Source of the DNA: a virus
Taxonomy: Duplodnaviria; Heunggongvirae; Uroviricota; Caudoviricetes
Length of the DNA: 37,035 bases
Reading direction: 5' to 3' (one strand)
IMG/VR virus record: IMGVR_UViG_2541047861_000014
Positions 8,660-17,101 of this stretch are shown here, in pieces. Both the position numbers and the translations under genes were made by a program. The notes under the pieces were generated by a model that saw nothing but the letters and a program-made list of their open reading frames with translations, did no database searches and was not told where the DNA came from. Positions within the stretch are counted from its first letter, which is position 1; the number at the start of each line of letters is the position of its first letter.

Positions 8660-8749
8660 AACGAAATTAAAACCTTTGTACCGATAAGGTACAAGTATCT
8701 TGAAGGTTCATTTCAATCATGTAATATGTATACTGGAGGTACATATTGT
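8660..8749. promoter_or_regulatory. Immunity switch region: operators plus divergent PRM-like and PR-like promoters
   Basis: Perfect palindrome TTGTACC-GATAA-GGTACAA (8676-8694); ATGTA-N9-TACAT (8726-8744); PR candidate TTGAAG (8700-8705) - 16 nt - TAATAT (8722-8727); PRM candidate on minus strand TTGTAC - 17 nt - TTTAAT ending 6 nt before the cI ATG (leaderless-like). Confidence 0.55.
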
Positions 8750-8950
8750 ATGAAAGCGTATTGGGACTCTTTAACCAAAGAACAGCAGGGCGAGTTGGCC
8801 GGAAAAGTTGGCTCAACACCTGGCTACTTACGGCTGGTTTTCAATGGTTATAAAAAAGCCAGTTTTGTGCTGGCGAAAAAACTTGAGCAATGCACGTCAG
8901 GTGCAATTACGAAATCTGACTTAAGACCGGATATCTATCCGAAAGATTAA
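8750..8950 (+). CDS. cro: Cro-like small HTH regulator
   Basis: 66 aa from ATG at 8750 with GGAGG upstream; divergent from cI; the ORF-track start at 8645 would run through the operators. Confidence 0.7.
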   Translation: MKAYWDSLTKEQQGELAGKVGSTPGYLRLVFNGYKKASFVLAKKLEQCTSGAITKSDLRPDIYPKD

Positions 8951-8981
8951 CAGAACACCTTCAATTTTTAACCACAGAACG

Positions 8982-9545
8982 ATGAGGCTAACCGTGGGTA
9001 AGTATCACTGGAAAGTAGAAAAACAGCCTGAGTGGTACGTGAAAGCTGTCAGAAAAACTATCGCAGCGTTGCCGGGTGGTTACGCTGAAGCAGCTGACTG
9101 GCTGGATGTAACAGAGAACGCATTATTTAACCGCCTTCGTGCCGATGGCGATCAGATTTTCCCGCTGGGATGGGCAATGGTTTTACAGCGCGCGGCTGAC
9201 ACTCACTACATTGCGGATGCTGTCGCACAGTCTGCTGGTGGGGTGTTCGTATCGCTTCCTGAAATTGAGGAAGTAGAGAACGCCGATATAAACCAGCGCC
9301 TGCTGGAAGTCATCGAACAGATCGGGAATTACTCAAAGCAGATTCGTTCGGCAATCGAAGATGGGGTCGTGGAGCCACACGAGCAGACAGCAATTAATGA
9401 TGAGTTGTATCTGTCAATTTCGAAGCTCCAAGAGCATGCAGCACTGGTCTACAAAATCTTTTGCGCTCCAGAAAAGAGTGACGCCCGCGAGTGTGCAGCT
9501 CCGGGCGTCGTGGCGTTTTGTGTCTGTGGAGAAACTAACGCATGA
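8982..9545 (+). CDS. Early regulatory protein in the cII position (possibly CII/CP76-like)
   Basis: 187-aa ORF directly after cro; family assignment from memory only, weak RBS. Confidence 0.4.
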   Translation: MRLTVGKYHWKVEKQPEWYVKAVRKTIAALPGGYAEAADWLDVTENALFNRLRADGDQIFPLGWAMVLQRAADTHYIADAVAQSAGGVFVSLPEIEEVENADINQRLLEVIEQIGNYSKQIRSAIEDGVVEPHEQTAINDELYLSISKLQEHAALVYKIFCAPEKSDARECAAPGVVAFCVCGETNA

Positions 9546-10378
9546 ACAGTTTAACGGCAAATAACCGTTTGTCGCAACAGCTGGTGGTCAGTGTCGCTGA
9601 ACACCTGTTGTTACGGCATGAATGCAGATTACCAAATCACCTGGCTGTAAGTAACCACAGAGAACTTTACCTGACTGTGGGGGGCGAGTTGTGCGGGAAC
9701 TTAACCGCTGGTTTCGTGACGGAAGAGGGCTTTATGTCCATGTTATTCGTTGGGAACCAGAAACACAGCGCGTTATCTATCTTCGCAAAGACTACCCGCA
9801 TGAGTGCTTTAGTCCTTTGTGGAAATTCAGGCGTGATTTTGTTGAGTGTGAAGGACCACCAGCACATTGATTCTGCCATTCCGGGACGTTACACTGTTCA
9901 GGCACCTTATAAAGCGGGTGACGGGATTGGCGTCCTGGAAATGTTATCGGCGATATATGACGCGCCAGCGTCTTTTTTATCGTCTGTGTCTGTGCACACC
10001 CAAATTATGGTGGGCTGGACGGGGGCACCGAAAGGTGCGCCGGTTTCCGATAACGCCGGTTACGCCAACCCCGTTCAGTTCACCACCAGCGAAATTGGCG
10101 TTTCCGGTGGTGAAGGTAATTCACTGTTATCGGAGGCTGCCATCATGGCTACTGTCCCAGCCCTCACTCGTCTGAATGATGAAGACTTACATAAACTCAG
10201 TTATGTAACAACTGCACTACGTGCTCTGCGCAAGGTAACTCTTTCGGATCCGCAGGCGCATCAGGTTTTGGTAGAAACCCTTCTTAACTTGCAGGCTGAA
10301 CGTATTCGTCTGGCGGATAAGGCTAATTTTCATATTCACCGTCTCCTGAATATCAGCGGAGGGCATCGTCATGCTTAA
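9542..10378 (+). CDS. Hypothetical early protein (278 aa)
   Basis: ORF coupled by ATGA overlap to the upstream gene; no recognised motif. Confidence 0.5.
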   Translation: MNSLTANNRLSQQLVVSVAEHLLLRHECRLPNHLAVSNHRELYLTVGGELCGNLTAGFVTEEGFMSMLFVGNQKHSALSIFAKTTRMSALVLCGNSGVILLSVKDHQHIDSAIPGRYTVQAPYKAGDGIGVLEMLSAIYDAPASFLSSVSVHTQIMVGWTGAPKGAPVSDNAGYANPVQFTTSEIGVSGGEGNSLLSEAAIMATVPALTRLNDEDLHKLSYVTTALRALRKVTLSDPQAHQVLVETLLNLQAERIRLADKANFHIHRLLNISGGHRHA

Positions 10379-10607
10379 TCCGTTGATCCTCAATATTTGC
10401 CGTTTGCTTCAGCGTAAAAAAACATCAATTCCTACAGTTGGGCAGTGGTACACCACGCCTGCAGGGCATGTTCTACGTGTTAGCCTGGTTGACCGTGAAT
10501 GTCAGAAGGTGATTTGTGAACCGCTGGGCCGTAATTACCGCATCAGTATGCCGCTTATAGCCTTTTGCTCCGGAAAAAACATGAAGCATCTCGGAGGTGC
10601 AGCATGA
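10371..10607 (+). CDS. Hypothetical small protein (78 aa)
   Basis: GGAGGG RBS 8-9 nt upstream; stop overlaps the start of the replication gene (ATGA). Confidence 0.5.
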   Translation: MLNPLILNICRLLQRKKTSIPTVGQWYTTPAGHVLRVSLVDRECQKVICEPLGRNYRISMPLIAFCSGKNMKHLGGAA

Positions 10608-11422
10608 GTATGGAGCTGATGGTTAAAGCGATGAAAATTCGAGTGGGTAATCCATTGCGAAAACTGGTTCTGATCAAGCTGGCTGATAATGCCAGCGATC
10701 AGGGTGAGTGCTGGCCCAGCTACCAGCATATTGCTGACCAGTGCGAGATTAGCAAACGTTCTGTGATGAATCATATTGCGGCCCTTTGTGATTCCGGGCT
10801 GGTAAAAAAAGTCACCCGGAAAGGTGAAAAAGGTAACTCAAGTAATATCTATCTCCTTCATCTTGATGGTGCAGGAGATTCACTAGGGGGTAGTGCAAAT
10901 AATTCACTATCTGGTGCAGCAAATTCACCAGGTAGTGCAGGAGTTGCACCAGGGGGTGGTGCAGGAGATTCACCCAGAACCAGTCACTCTTTTGAACCAG
11001 TCAAAGAACCAGTCAATGAACCAATAGCTGTTGGTGCATCTGCTGATGAGTCTGTGCGAGTTCGTTCAAACCGACCGGAATACTCTCCGGAGTTTGAGCA
11101 GGCATGGCTGGCATACCCCAAACGTGCTGGTGGCAATTCAAAATCTGCAGCCTTCAAAGCCTGGAAAGCCCGTTTGAATGAGGGGGTAAAACCCGAAACC
11201 ATGCTGGAAGGTGTGAAACGCTACGCGGGCTGGGTATCTGCGATGGGTAACAGCGGCACACAATTTGTGAAACAGGCTGTCACGTTCTTTGGTCCGGATC
11301 GTCATTTCGAAGAATCCTGGGAAGTTCCTGCGGTATCTGCAGCCAGACGCGAGGACCCGTACTTCAAAGCCAGTTACGACAACGTGGACTACAGCCAGAT
11401 CCCGGCAGGATTCAGGGGGTAA
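10604..11422 (+). CDS. Phage replication initiation protein (O-like replisome organiser, N-terminal HTH), with internal iteron-like repeats
   Basis: ATG at 10604 with GGAGG at 6 nt; N-terminal HTH (SYQHIADQCEISKRSVMNHIAAL); Gly/Ser/Ala-rich linker encoded by DNA direct repeats; conserved C-terminal region (EFEQAWLAYPKR...). Confidence 0.65.
   Translation: MSMELMVKAMKIRVGNPLRKLVLIKLADNASDQGECWPSYQHIADQCEISKRSVMNHIAALCDSGLVKKVTRKGEKGNSSNIYLLHLDGAGDSLGGSANNSLSGAANSPGSAGVAPGGGAGDSPRTSHSFEPVKEPVNEPIAVGASADESVRVRSNRPEYSPEFEQAWLAYPKRAGGNSKSAAFKAWKARLNEGVKPETMLEGVKRYAGWVSAMGNSGTQFVKQAVTFFGPDRHFEESWEVPAVSAARREDPYFKASYDNVDYSQIPAGFRG
10868..11020. repeat. Iteron-like direct repeats inside the O-like gene (candidate replication origin)
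   Basis: About five imperfect ~21-24 bp repeats (consensus roughly GGTRGTGCAnnAnnTTCACYA), including a perfect 16-bp copy GGTGCAGGAGATTCAC at 10868 and 10958; followed by GAACCAGTCAA repeats at 10994-11017. Confidence 0.55.
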
Positions 11423-11424
11423 TC

Positions 11425-11913
11425 ATGAGTCTTTTGAATGAAGTTCAGAAATTCATTGAAGCCCATCCGGGGTGTACTTCCGGAGACATTGCAGATGCTT
11501 TTGCAGGTTACTCACGGCAGCGCGTTCTGCAGTCAGCAAGCAAGTTACGTCAGAGTGGGCGTGTGGCTCACCGTTGTGAAGGAGATACACGCAGACATTT
11601 CCCGCGCCTGACTGAGAGAGCGCAGGAGCCGGAACCACAACCAGTTCGTGAAACCAGACCTGTGCGCAATTTCTATGTCGGCACTAACGATCCCCGGGTA
11701 ATTTTGTGCCTGACCCGCCAGGCTGAAGAACTGGAGTCCAGGGGCTTATACCGTCGTGCTGCAACCGTGTGGATGGCGGCATTCCGTGAAAGCCACTCCC
11801 AGTCAGAACGAAACAATTTTCTGGCGCGCCGTGAGCGGTGCTTACGGAAAAGCAGCAAGCGCGCTGTATCGGGTGATGAGTGGTATCTGTCAGGGAATTA
11901 CGTGTGGGCTTAA
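11425..11913 (+). CDS. Putative transcriptional regulator (PerC-like C-terminal region)
   Basis: 162 aa; C-terminal LESRGLYRRAATVWMAAFRESHSQSERNNFLARRERCLRK resembles PerC-family activators (from memory). Confidence 0.4.
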   Translation: MSLLNEVQKFIEAHPGCTSGDIADAFAGYSRQRVLQSASKLRQSGRVAHRCEGDTRRHFPRLTERAQEPEPQPVRETRPVRNFYVGTNDPRVILCLTRQAEELESRGLYRRAATVWMAAFRESHSQSERNNFLARRERCLRKSSKRAVSGDEWYLSGNYVWA

Positions 11914-12239
11914 TGACGACGTTAACTCAATGCCAGCAGCAGGTGCTGGATATGCTGATTTCTTATCAGAAAGAACGTGGTTTCCCGCCAACCAATCAGG
12001 AGGTGGCAGCCATGCTGGGATACCGTTCGGTGAATGCAGCGGTGGAGCATCTTCGCGCACTGGAGAAAAAAGGCGTCATCACGATAAAGCGTGGCGTGGC
12101 CCGGGGTATCACGCTTCATACCACAGTGAAGGACGACGACAGCGAGGCAGCCGGGATTATCCGTGCACTGCTTGCCGGTGAGGAAAACGCCAGACTGCGT
12201 GCAGCCCACTGGTTACATGAGAGGGGCCTGAAAGTATGA
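11913..12239 (+). CDS. LexA-N-terminal-like winged-helix DNA-binding protein
   Basis: MTTLTQCQQQVLDMLISYQKERGFPPTNQEVAAMLGYRSVNAAVEHLRALEKKGVI matches the LexA DNA-binding-domain pattern; no peptidase domain; TAATG overlap with upstream gene. Confidence 0.55.
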   Translation: MTTLTQCQQQVLDMLISYQKERGFPPTNQEVAAMLGYRSVNAAVEHLRALEKKGVITIKRGVARGITLHTTVKDDDSEAAGIIRALLAGEENARLRAAHWLHERGLKV

Positions 12240-12625
12240 AGCTGATCCTGCCTTTCCCGCCCAGCGTGAACACGTACTGGCGACACCCCAACAAAGGGGC
12301 GTTTGCTGGTAAGAGCCTGATAAGCGCGGCGGGGCGCAAATTCCAGAGCGCGGCGTGTGCAGCAATATTTGAGCAGTTACGTCGTCTGCCAAAACCAACG
12401 TCGGCACCTGCTTCAGTGGAGATCGTGTTGTTTCCTCCGGATAACCGGATCCGCGATCTGGACAACTATAACAAGGCGCTGTTTGACGCCCTGACCCACG
12501 CGGGTGTGTGGGAAGACGACAGCCAGGTGAAAAGAATGCTGGTGGAGTGGGGACCGGTTATCCCGGAAGGGAAGGTCGAGATCACTATCAGTAAGTACGA
12601 GAAAACGGCGGGTGCAGCCGCCTGA
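12236..12625 (+). CDS. rusA: RusA Holliday-junction resolvase
   Basis: MKLILPFPPSVNTYW... with the conserved Asp-rich core (DLDNYNKALFDALT); 129 aa. Confidence 0.85.
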   Translation: MKLILPFPPSVNTYWRHPNKGAFAGKSLISAAGRKFQSAACAAIFEQLRRLPKPTSAPASVEIVLFPPDNRIRDLDNYNKALFDALTHAGVWEDDSQVKRMLVEWGPVIPEGKVEITISKYEKTAGAAA

Positions 12626-12644
12626 TTAAGAGGAGAAACGAAGT

Positions 12645-13442
12645 ATGAATAATCTGATGGTTATTGATGGTATTGAAGTTCGTCGTGATGCTTATGGGCG
12701 TTACAGCCTGAACGATCTGCACAGGGCTGCTGGTTCTCTGGATAAGCATAAGCCCGCATTCTGGCTCCGCAATGAGCAAACTGAGCGTTTAATAAGCGAG
12801 TTGCAGATTTGCAACTCGGTCAATATAGAGCCAGTTAACGTTATTCGTGGCGGAAATAACCAGGGGACGTATGTCTGCAAAGAACTGGTGTATGCCTATG
12901 CAATGTGGATCAGCCCGTCATTCCATCTGAAGGTGATCCGTACTTTCGACATGGTAACCAGCGCACCGGAAAAATTATCCGGACAGGCTGCTGACAAGAT
13001 GCAGGCTGGTGTGATTCTGCTGGACTTTATGCGCCGGGAATTAAACCTGTCTAACTCTTCAGTGCTTGGTGCCTGCCAGAAACTCCAGGAGGCTGTTGGC
13101 TTACCGAATCTGGCACCGCGCTATGCCATTGATGCTCCTGCTGATGCACACGATGGCTCAAGTCGCCCCACGCTGTCTCTGAGTGCACTGCTGAGGCAGT
13201 ATGGTATCCGCCTGACGGCTAATCAGGCATATCACCAGATGGTGAAGCTGGGGATCGTTGAACAACGCGAACGATACAGCCGTACCGCGATTAACAACAT
13301 CAAAAAATTCTGGTCGCTGACGGCGAAAGGCTGCATGTTCGGCAAGAACATCACCAGTCCTGCAAATCCGCGCGAGACGCAGCCGCATTTCTTCGAATCC
13401 CGATTCCCTGAGCTGTTAAAGCTGCTCGATACCGTTCATTGA
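12645..13442 (+). CDS. KilA-N domain protein (antirepressor-like)
   Basis: N-terminal KilA-N signature (RYSLNDLHRAAG ... KPAFWLRNEQT ... ELVYAYAMWISPSFHLKVI); RBS AAGAGGAG. Confidence 0.7.
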   Translation: MNNLMVIDGIEVRRDAYGRYSLNDLHRAAGSLDKHKPAFWLRNEQTERLISELQICNSVNIEPVNVIRGGNNQGTYVCKELVYAYAMWISPSFHLKVIRTFDMVTSAPEKLSGQAADKMQAGVILLDFMRRELNLSNSSVLGACQKLQEAVGLPNLAPRYAIDAPADAHDGSSRPTLSLSALLRQYGIRLTANQAYHQMVKLGIVEQRERYSRTAINNIKKFWSLTAKGCMFGKNITSPANPRETQPHFFESRFPELLKLLDTVH

Positions 13443-13443
13443 G

Positions 13444-14439
13444 GTGACCGTGAGAGCACTACTGACCCCTGAAATTGCCCCGCGTATGGGGATTGTATTG
13501 TTCAGGCCAGGTTCAGAGCTGATGCCCCTGTTTATGCAGGGGCGTGTCCTGCTGGAGCCTGAGCCGGAACGTTATTCATCTTTCGCCAGTGGTGCCGTTC
13601 CGGCGGCATCACAACCGCTGGCGGATGATCCTGCCGTTCGGGCCGTGTTCCGCAATGAGGCAGTGATCCGTCGTGCTGGTGGCGTGGAATGTCTTGAAAG
13701 CTGGTTACTTCGTGAAAAGGGCTGTCAGTGGCCTCATTCCGACTGGCACAGCGAGAACATGACCACAATGCGGCACGCTCCGGGAGCAATTCGTCTGTGC
13801 TGGCACTGCGATAACCAGCTGCGTGACCAGTTCACGGAACGGCTGGAATCAATGGCAACGGATAACTGTGCCCGCTGGGTGTTGTCTGTCGTGCGTCGGG
13901 ATCTCGGTTTTGATGACAGTCACGTTGTGACAATGCCGGAACTGTGCTGGTGGCTGGTTCGTAATGATTTGGCGGATGCCTTACCGGAAAGTGCAGCCCG
14001 TAAGGCACTGAGATTACCGAAGCCTGTTGTGCCATCTGTCACCCGGGAAAGTGACCTTGTGCCTTCGGTTCCTGCCACCAGCATCATCCAGGATAAAGCG
14101 AAAAAGGTGCTGGCGCTGAAAGTGGATCCGGAGTCGCCGGAGTCTTTTATGTTACGCCCCAAACGTCGCCGCTGGGTTAATGAAAAGTACACGCGCTGGG
14201 TTAAGACGCAGCCGTGCGCATGTTGTGGAAAGCCAGCTGATGATCCCCACCACCTGATAGGCCACGGTCAGGGTGGAATGGGTACAAAAGCGCATGATCT
14301 CTTTGTGTTGCCTTTGTGCAGAAAGCATCACGACGAGCTGCATGCGGATACCGTGACATTTGAAGAGAAGTATGGCTCCCAACTGGAGCTGATATTTCGT
14401 TTTATCGATCGTGCGCTGGCAATTGGCGTACTGGCGTAA
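13444..14439 (+). CDS. DUF968 (YdfU-like) nin-region protein with C-terminal Cys/His zinc-binding HNH-like motif
   Basis: GTG start with GAGG RBS; C-terminus CACCG ... HHLIGHGQGGMGTKAHD ... CRKHHDELH; sits directly upstream of Q as ydfU does in Qin. Confidence 0.65.
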   Translation: MTVRALLTPEIAPRMGIVLFRPGSELMPLFMQGRVLLEPEPERYSSFASGAVPAASQPLADDPAVRAVFRNEAVIRRAGGVECLESWLLREKGCQWPHSDWHSENMTTMRHAPGAIRLCWHCDNQLRDQFTERLESMATDNCARWVLSVVRRDLGFDDSHVVTMPELCWWLVRNDLADALPESAARKALRLPKPVVPSVTRESDLVPSVPATSIIQDKAKKVLALKVDPESPESFMLRPKRRRWVNEKYTRWVKTQPCACCGKPADDPHHLIGHGQGGMGTKAHDLFVLPLCRKHHDELHADTVTFEEKYGSQLELIFRFIDRALAIGVLA

Positions 14440-14452
14440 GTGGAGAACGAGC

Positions 14453-15205
14453 ATGAACCTTGAAGCCTTACCAAAATATTACTCCCCAAAATCTCCAAAA
14501 TTGAGTGATGCCGCACCGGCGACAGGCTCAGGTGGTTTAACGATTACGGATGTGATGGCTGCGCAGGGGATGGTGCAGTCGAAAGCACCGCTTGGGTTTG
14601 CCTTATTCCTGGCAAAAGCTGGCGTTCAGGATCCTCACTTTGCGATTGAAGGTCTGCTCAATTACGCGATGGCACTGGATAACCCGACATTGAACAAATT
14701 GAGTGAAGAAATCCGGTTACAGATCATCCCTTACCTTGTGAGTTTTGCCTTTGCTGATTATTCCAGGTCTGCGGCAAGTAAGGCTCGCTGTGAGCCTTGT
14801 GCTGGTACTGGATTTCATAATGTATTGCGCGAAGTGGTGAAATACTCCAGAAGCGGGGAGTCTGTTATCAAGGAAGAGTGGGTGAAGGAACTATGTCAGC
14901 ATTGTCATGGTAAGGGAGAAGTCAGCACAGCGTGCAGAGGGTGTAAGGGTAAAGGTATTGTCCTGGATGAAAAAAGGACCCGGCTTCATGGCGCGCCTGT
15001 TTATAAGATTTGTGGGCGTTGCAATGGAAACCGGTTTAGTCGTTTACCAACGACACTGGCGCGGTGTCATGTCCAGAAGCTGGTACCAGACCTGACTGAT
15101 TATCAGTGGTACAAAGGATATGCAGATGTCATTGATAAACTGGTTACAAAGTGCTGGCAGGAAGAAGCATATGCTGAGGTGCAATTAAGAAAAGTGACGA
15201 GATAA
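14453..15205 (+). CDS. Q: Late-gene antiterminator Q
   Basis: ATG at 14453 with GGAGAA RBS; multiple CxxC pairs (CEPCAGTG, CQHCHGKG, CRGCKGKG, CGRCNG); followed by a promoter and a short-transcript terminator. Confidence 0.75.
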   Translation: MNLEALPKYYSPKSPKLSDAAPATGSGGLTITDVMAAQGMVQSKAPLGFALFLAKAGVQDPHFAIEGLLNYAMALDNPTLNKLSEEIRLQIIPYLVSFAFADYSRSAASKARCEPCAGTGFHNVLREVVKYSRSGESVIKEEWVKELCQHCHGKGEVSTACRGCKGKGIVLDEKRTRLHGAPVYKICGRCNGNRFSRLPTTLARCHVQKLVPDLTDYQWYKGYADVIDKLVTKCWQEEAYAEVQLRKVTR

Positions 15206-15236
15206 ATGATTTTCGCCGAAGATGGCGACGTAATGC

Positions 15237-15265
15237 TTGCATTTTTCAAAAAATATGGATAAAAT
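15237..15265 (+). promoter_or_regulatory. PR'-like late promoter
   Basis: TTGCAT - 17 nt - TAAAAT, 32 bp after the Q stop. Confidence 0.5.
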
Positions 15266-15310
15266 TTTTTCAACGATGGGCTTTATATACCCGACGTTAA
15301 GAAAAAGTAG

Positions 15311-15336
15311 AAAACCCGCTGATGAGCGGGTTTTTG
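15311..15336 (+). terminator. tR'-like rho-independent terminator (target of Q antitermination)
   Basis: CCCGCT-GATG-AGCGGG hairpin followed by T5; about 65 nt downstream of the predicted PR' start. Confidence 0.7.
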
Positions 15337-15620
15337 TGCTTTAGATAGGGTAATAGAGATGTTGAATCTCATTCCGGGATTCATGTTTGTTTACTTATTA
15401 TTTATCGGGTGACTTTGCCTGATGTTTAAAATGTTTTCTTCCAGTACTATGTCCCTAGATACAATGAGTCTGCATATTACATTATTAGCAGAGCTATTAC
15501 GGTCAAAGTACAGCATAAGCTTTTAAAGCCAATCAACCAGTCATCAAGACAGACGGGGTTATTCATGAAAACTCTCCATGTTTGATTCGATGGGGCCTGA
15601 AATTAAAGCTTTAATATAGC

Positions 15621-15833
15621 TCATGAAAGGTAAACATTGGCAGCTGAAGGGCCACGCAGACCATTTATCCGGCAAAATTCCACGCGTAATCCGGTGGTAA
15701 TTTCTTCTGCATCGCGGAGATTGAGCGCTGAAACATGAAGCTGGACATCGATACGACCATCGGATGGGGTGATAAGACCCTTGCCGCTTTTGCCGTCAAA
15801 GGTTTTGACAATTCCTGTCATTTTACGGGACAA
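15621..15833 (-). CDS. cspF: Cold-shock-like protein, CspF/CspH family
   Basis: [19 protein letters not shown] ... [12 protein letters not shown]; close to K-12 CspF/CspH as recalled. Confidence 0.85.
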
Positions 15834-16133
15834 AAAAATTCCTTAATACTGATAACTGGGCGCACTATACACACGTTCCTGAAGAAAGCTATAGTTTTTT
15901 GATGGGGTTGAAGATGGCTGGATGTCTAAAATAAACATTGCTTCATATGTTCAACTATGCGTTAATGATTGCGTCGGTTTGAAGAACAGACGATATACGA
16001 AGTAGTTTACTAAAGCAGTTCTCATTTCAGGTGTTATTCACTTATTCCTTCTTTGAGTCTCTCCAATTAAGTACGAAGTCGTTTCTGTTATACAAGCCAT
16101 TTATGCCGAAAGGCTCAAGTTAAGGAATGTAGA

Positions 16134-16349
16134 ATGTCAAATAAAATGACTGGTTTAGTAAAATGGTTTAACGCTGATAAAGGTTTTGGCTTTATTTCTC
16201 CTGTTGATGGTAGTAAAGATGTGTTTGTGCATTTTTCTGCGATTCAGAATGATAATTTTCGAACCTTGTTTGAAGGTCAAAAGGTTACCTTCTCTGTAGA
16301 GAGTGGTGCTAAAGGTCCTGCAGCAGCAAATGTCATAATTACTGATTAA
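16134..16349 (+). CDS. cspB: Cold-shock protein CspB-like
   Basis: [38 protein letters not shown]...; near-identical to CspB as recalled. Confidence 0.9.
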   Translation: MSNKMTGLVKWFNADKGFGFISPVDGSKDVFVHFSAIQNDNFRTLFEGQKVTFSVESGAKGPAAANVIITD

Positions 16350-16630
16350 AATTCATAGTTTGTCTGTATACGATAACGAAGAAGGCTGATGCCTGAGTGG
16401 AGATACAGACAGAGTGGTGAATATTGGATCTCTTTAATAAATAGTAAGGAGGTCCAATACATGAAACAATGGCCAGCATATTTGGCAATAACTTAATCAG
16501 GAAAAGTATGCTAACCATTGTGGTGAAGTGCAGGTTTGCTGCATGAATAGTTTTACAGCAGAAGCTAACTGCTGGCATAGCAAAACAAAGTGCGTAAGTG
16601 GATGACTCCCACAAAAAGTACCACAATATT

Positions 16631-16655
16631 AAACCCGCTCAGGCGGGTTTTTTAT
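16631..16655. terminator. Bidirectional rho-independent terminator
   Basis: AAACCCGC-TCAG-GCGGGTTT hairpin flanked by an A-run and a T-run, between the convergent cspB and zinc-ribbon genes. Confidence 0.6.
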
Positions 16656-16712
16656 TATCTGCTTTAAATATGTTATTAAAATATAAAAAATACTTGTTAC
16701 GAATAAAATCAA

Positions 16713-16883
16713 TCAAGCTACAGCTTTAAGATTTGTCTGGAATACTTTGTTGCAATGAGGGCAGATCAAAAGGGCACCTTTTTGTACTCTTGAAAAACTG
16801 TGTTCTGACTCTTGGGTGCAGTTTGGGCAGGAACATTTAACGAGATAATTACGGCGTGATTTTGAGTCTTTACGTTCTGACAT
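16713..16883 (-). CDS. Small zinc-ribbon protein (possibly YnfU-like), 56 aa
   Basis: ATG at 16883 with AGGAAA RBS; two CxxC pairs (CSCPNC, CPHC). Confidence 0.55.
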   Translation of the reverse strand: MSERKDSKSRRNYLVKCSCPNCTQESEHSFSRVQKGALLICPHCNKVFQTNLKAVA

Positions 16884-17101
16884 AGGCTTTTCCTGTATAA
16901 ATGGCCGTATACAGTACACTAAATATGAAAACATATCTCGTATTATTATTTAATATATGATTTTCTTTTAAAATAATTACCCACATTTTTAATGTGTCTG
17001 TTTTTTAGCGCCGTTGAGAACAACGTTTGCTATAAAAACTAACCCATAGACTCCGATCTTTTCAAACATATTGCACCATCTGTGTACATCGGGGTGAGGA
17101 T

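Noticed and set aside
9667-10175. Alternative-frame ORFs 9667..9879 (-) and 9867..10175 (+) within the 278-aa early gene
   Set aside because: They overlap the longer coupled ORF 9542..10378 with no RBS. A frameshift in the main gene cannot be excluded without resequencing, but nothing in the sequence requires it.
15206-16133. Possible tRNA genes downstream of Q, as seen in some lambdoid and Stx phages
   Set aside because: By eye I found no segment with a 7-bp acceptor stem and GTTC..RA T-loop arrangement; the region is explained by PR'/tR' and the cspF/cspB promoters. A tRNAscan run would settle this.
16339-16626. 95-aa minus-strand ORF downstream of cspB; also 16989..17264 (-) overlapping the holin
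   Set aside because: Hydrophobic low-complexity translation of an AT-rich intergenic region, or antisense to the holin; no RBS; the region is better explained by the cspB 3' region, a tiny SD-led ORF and a terminator.
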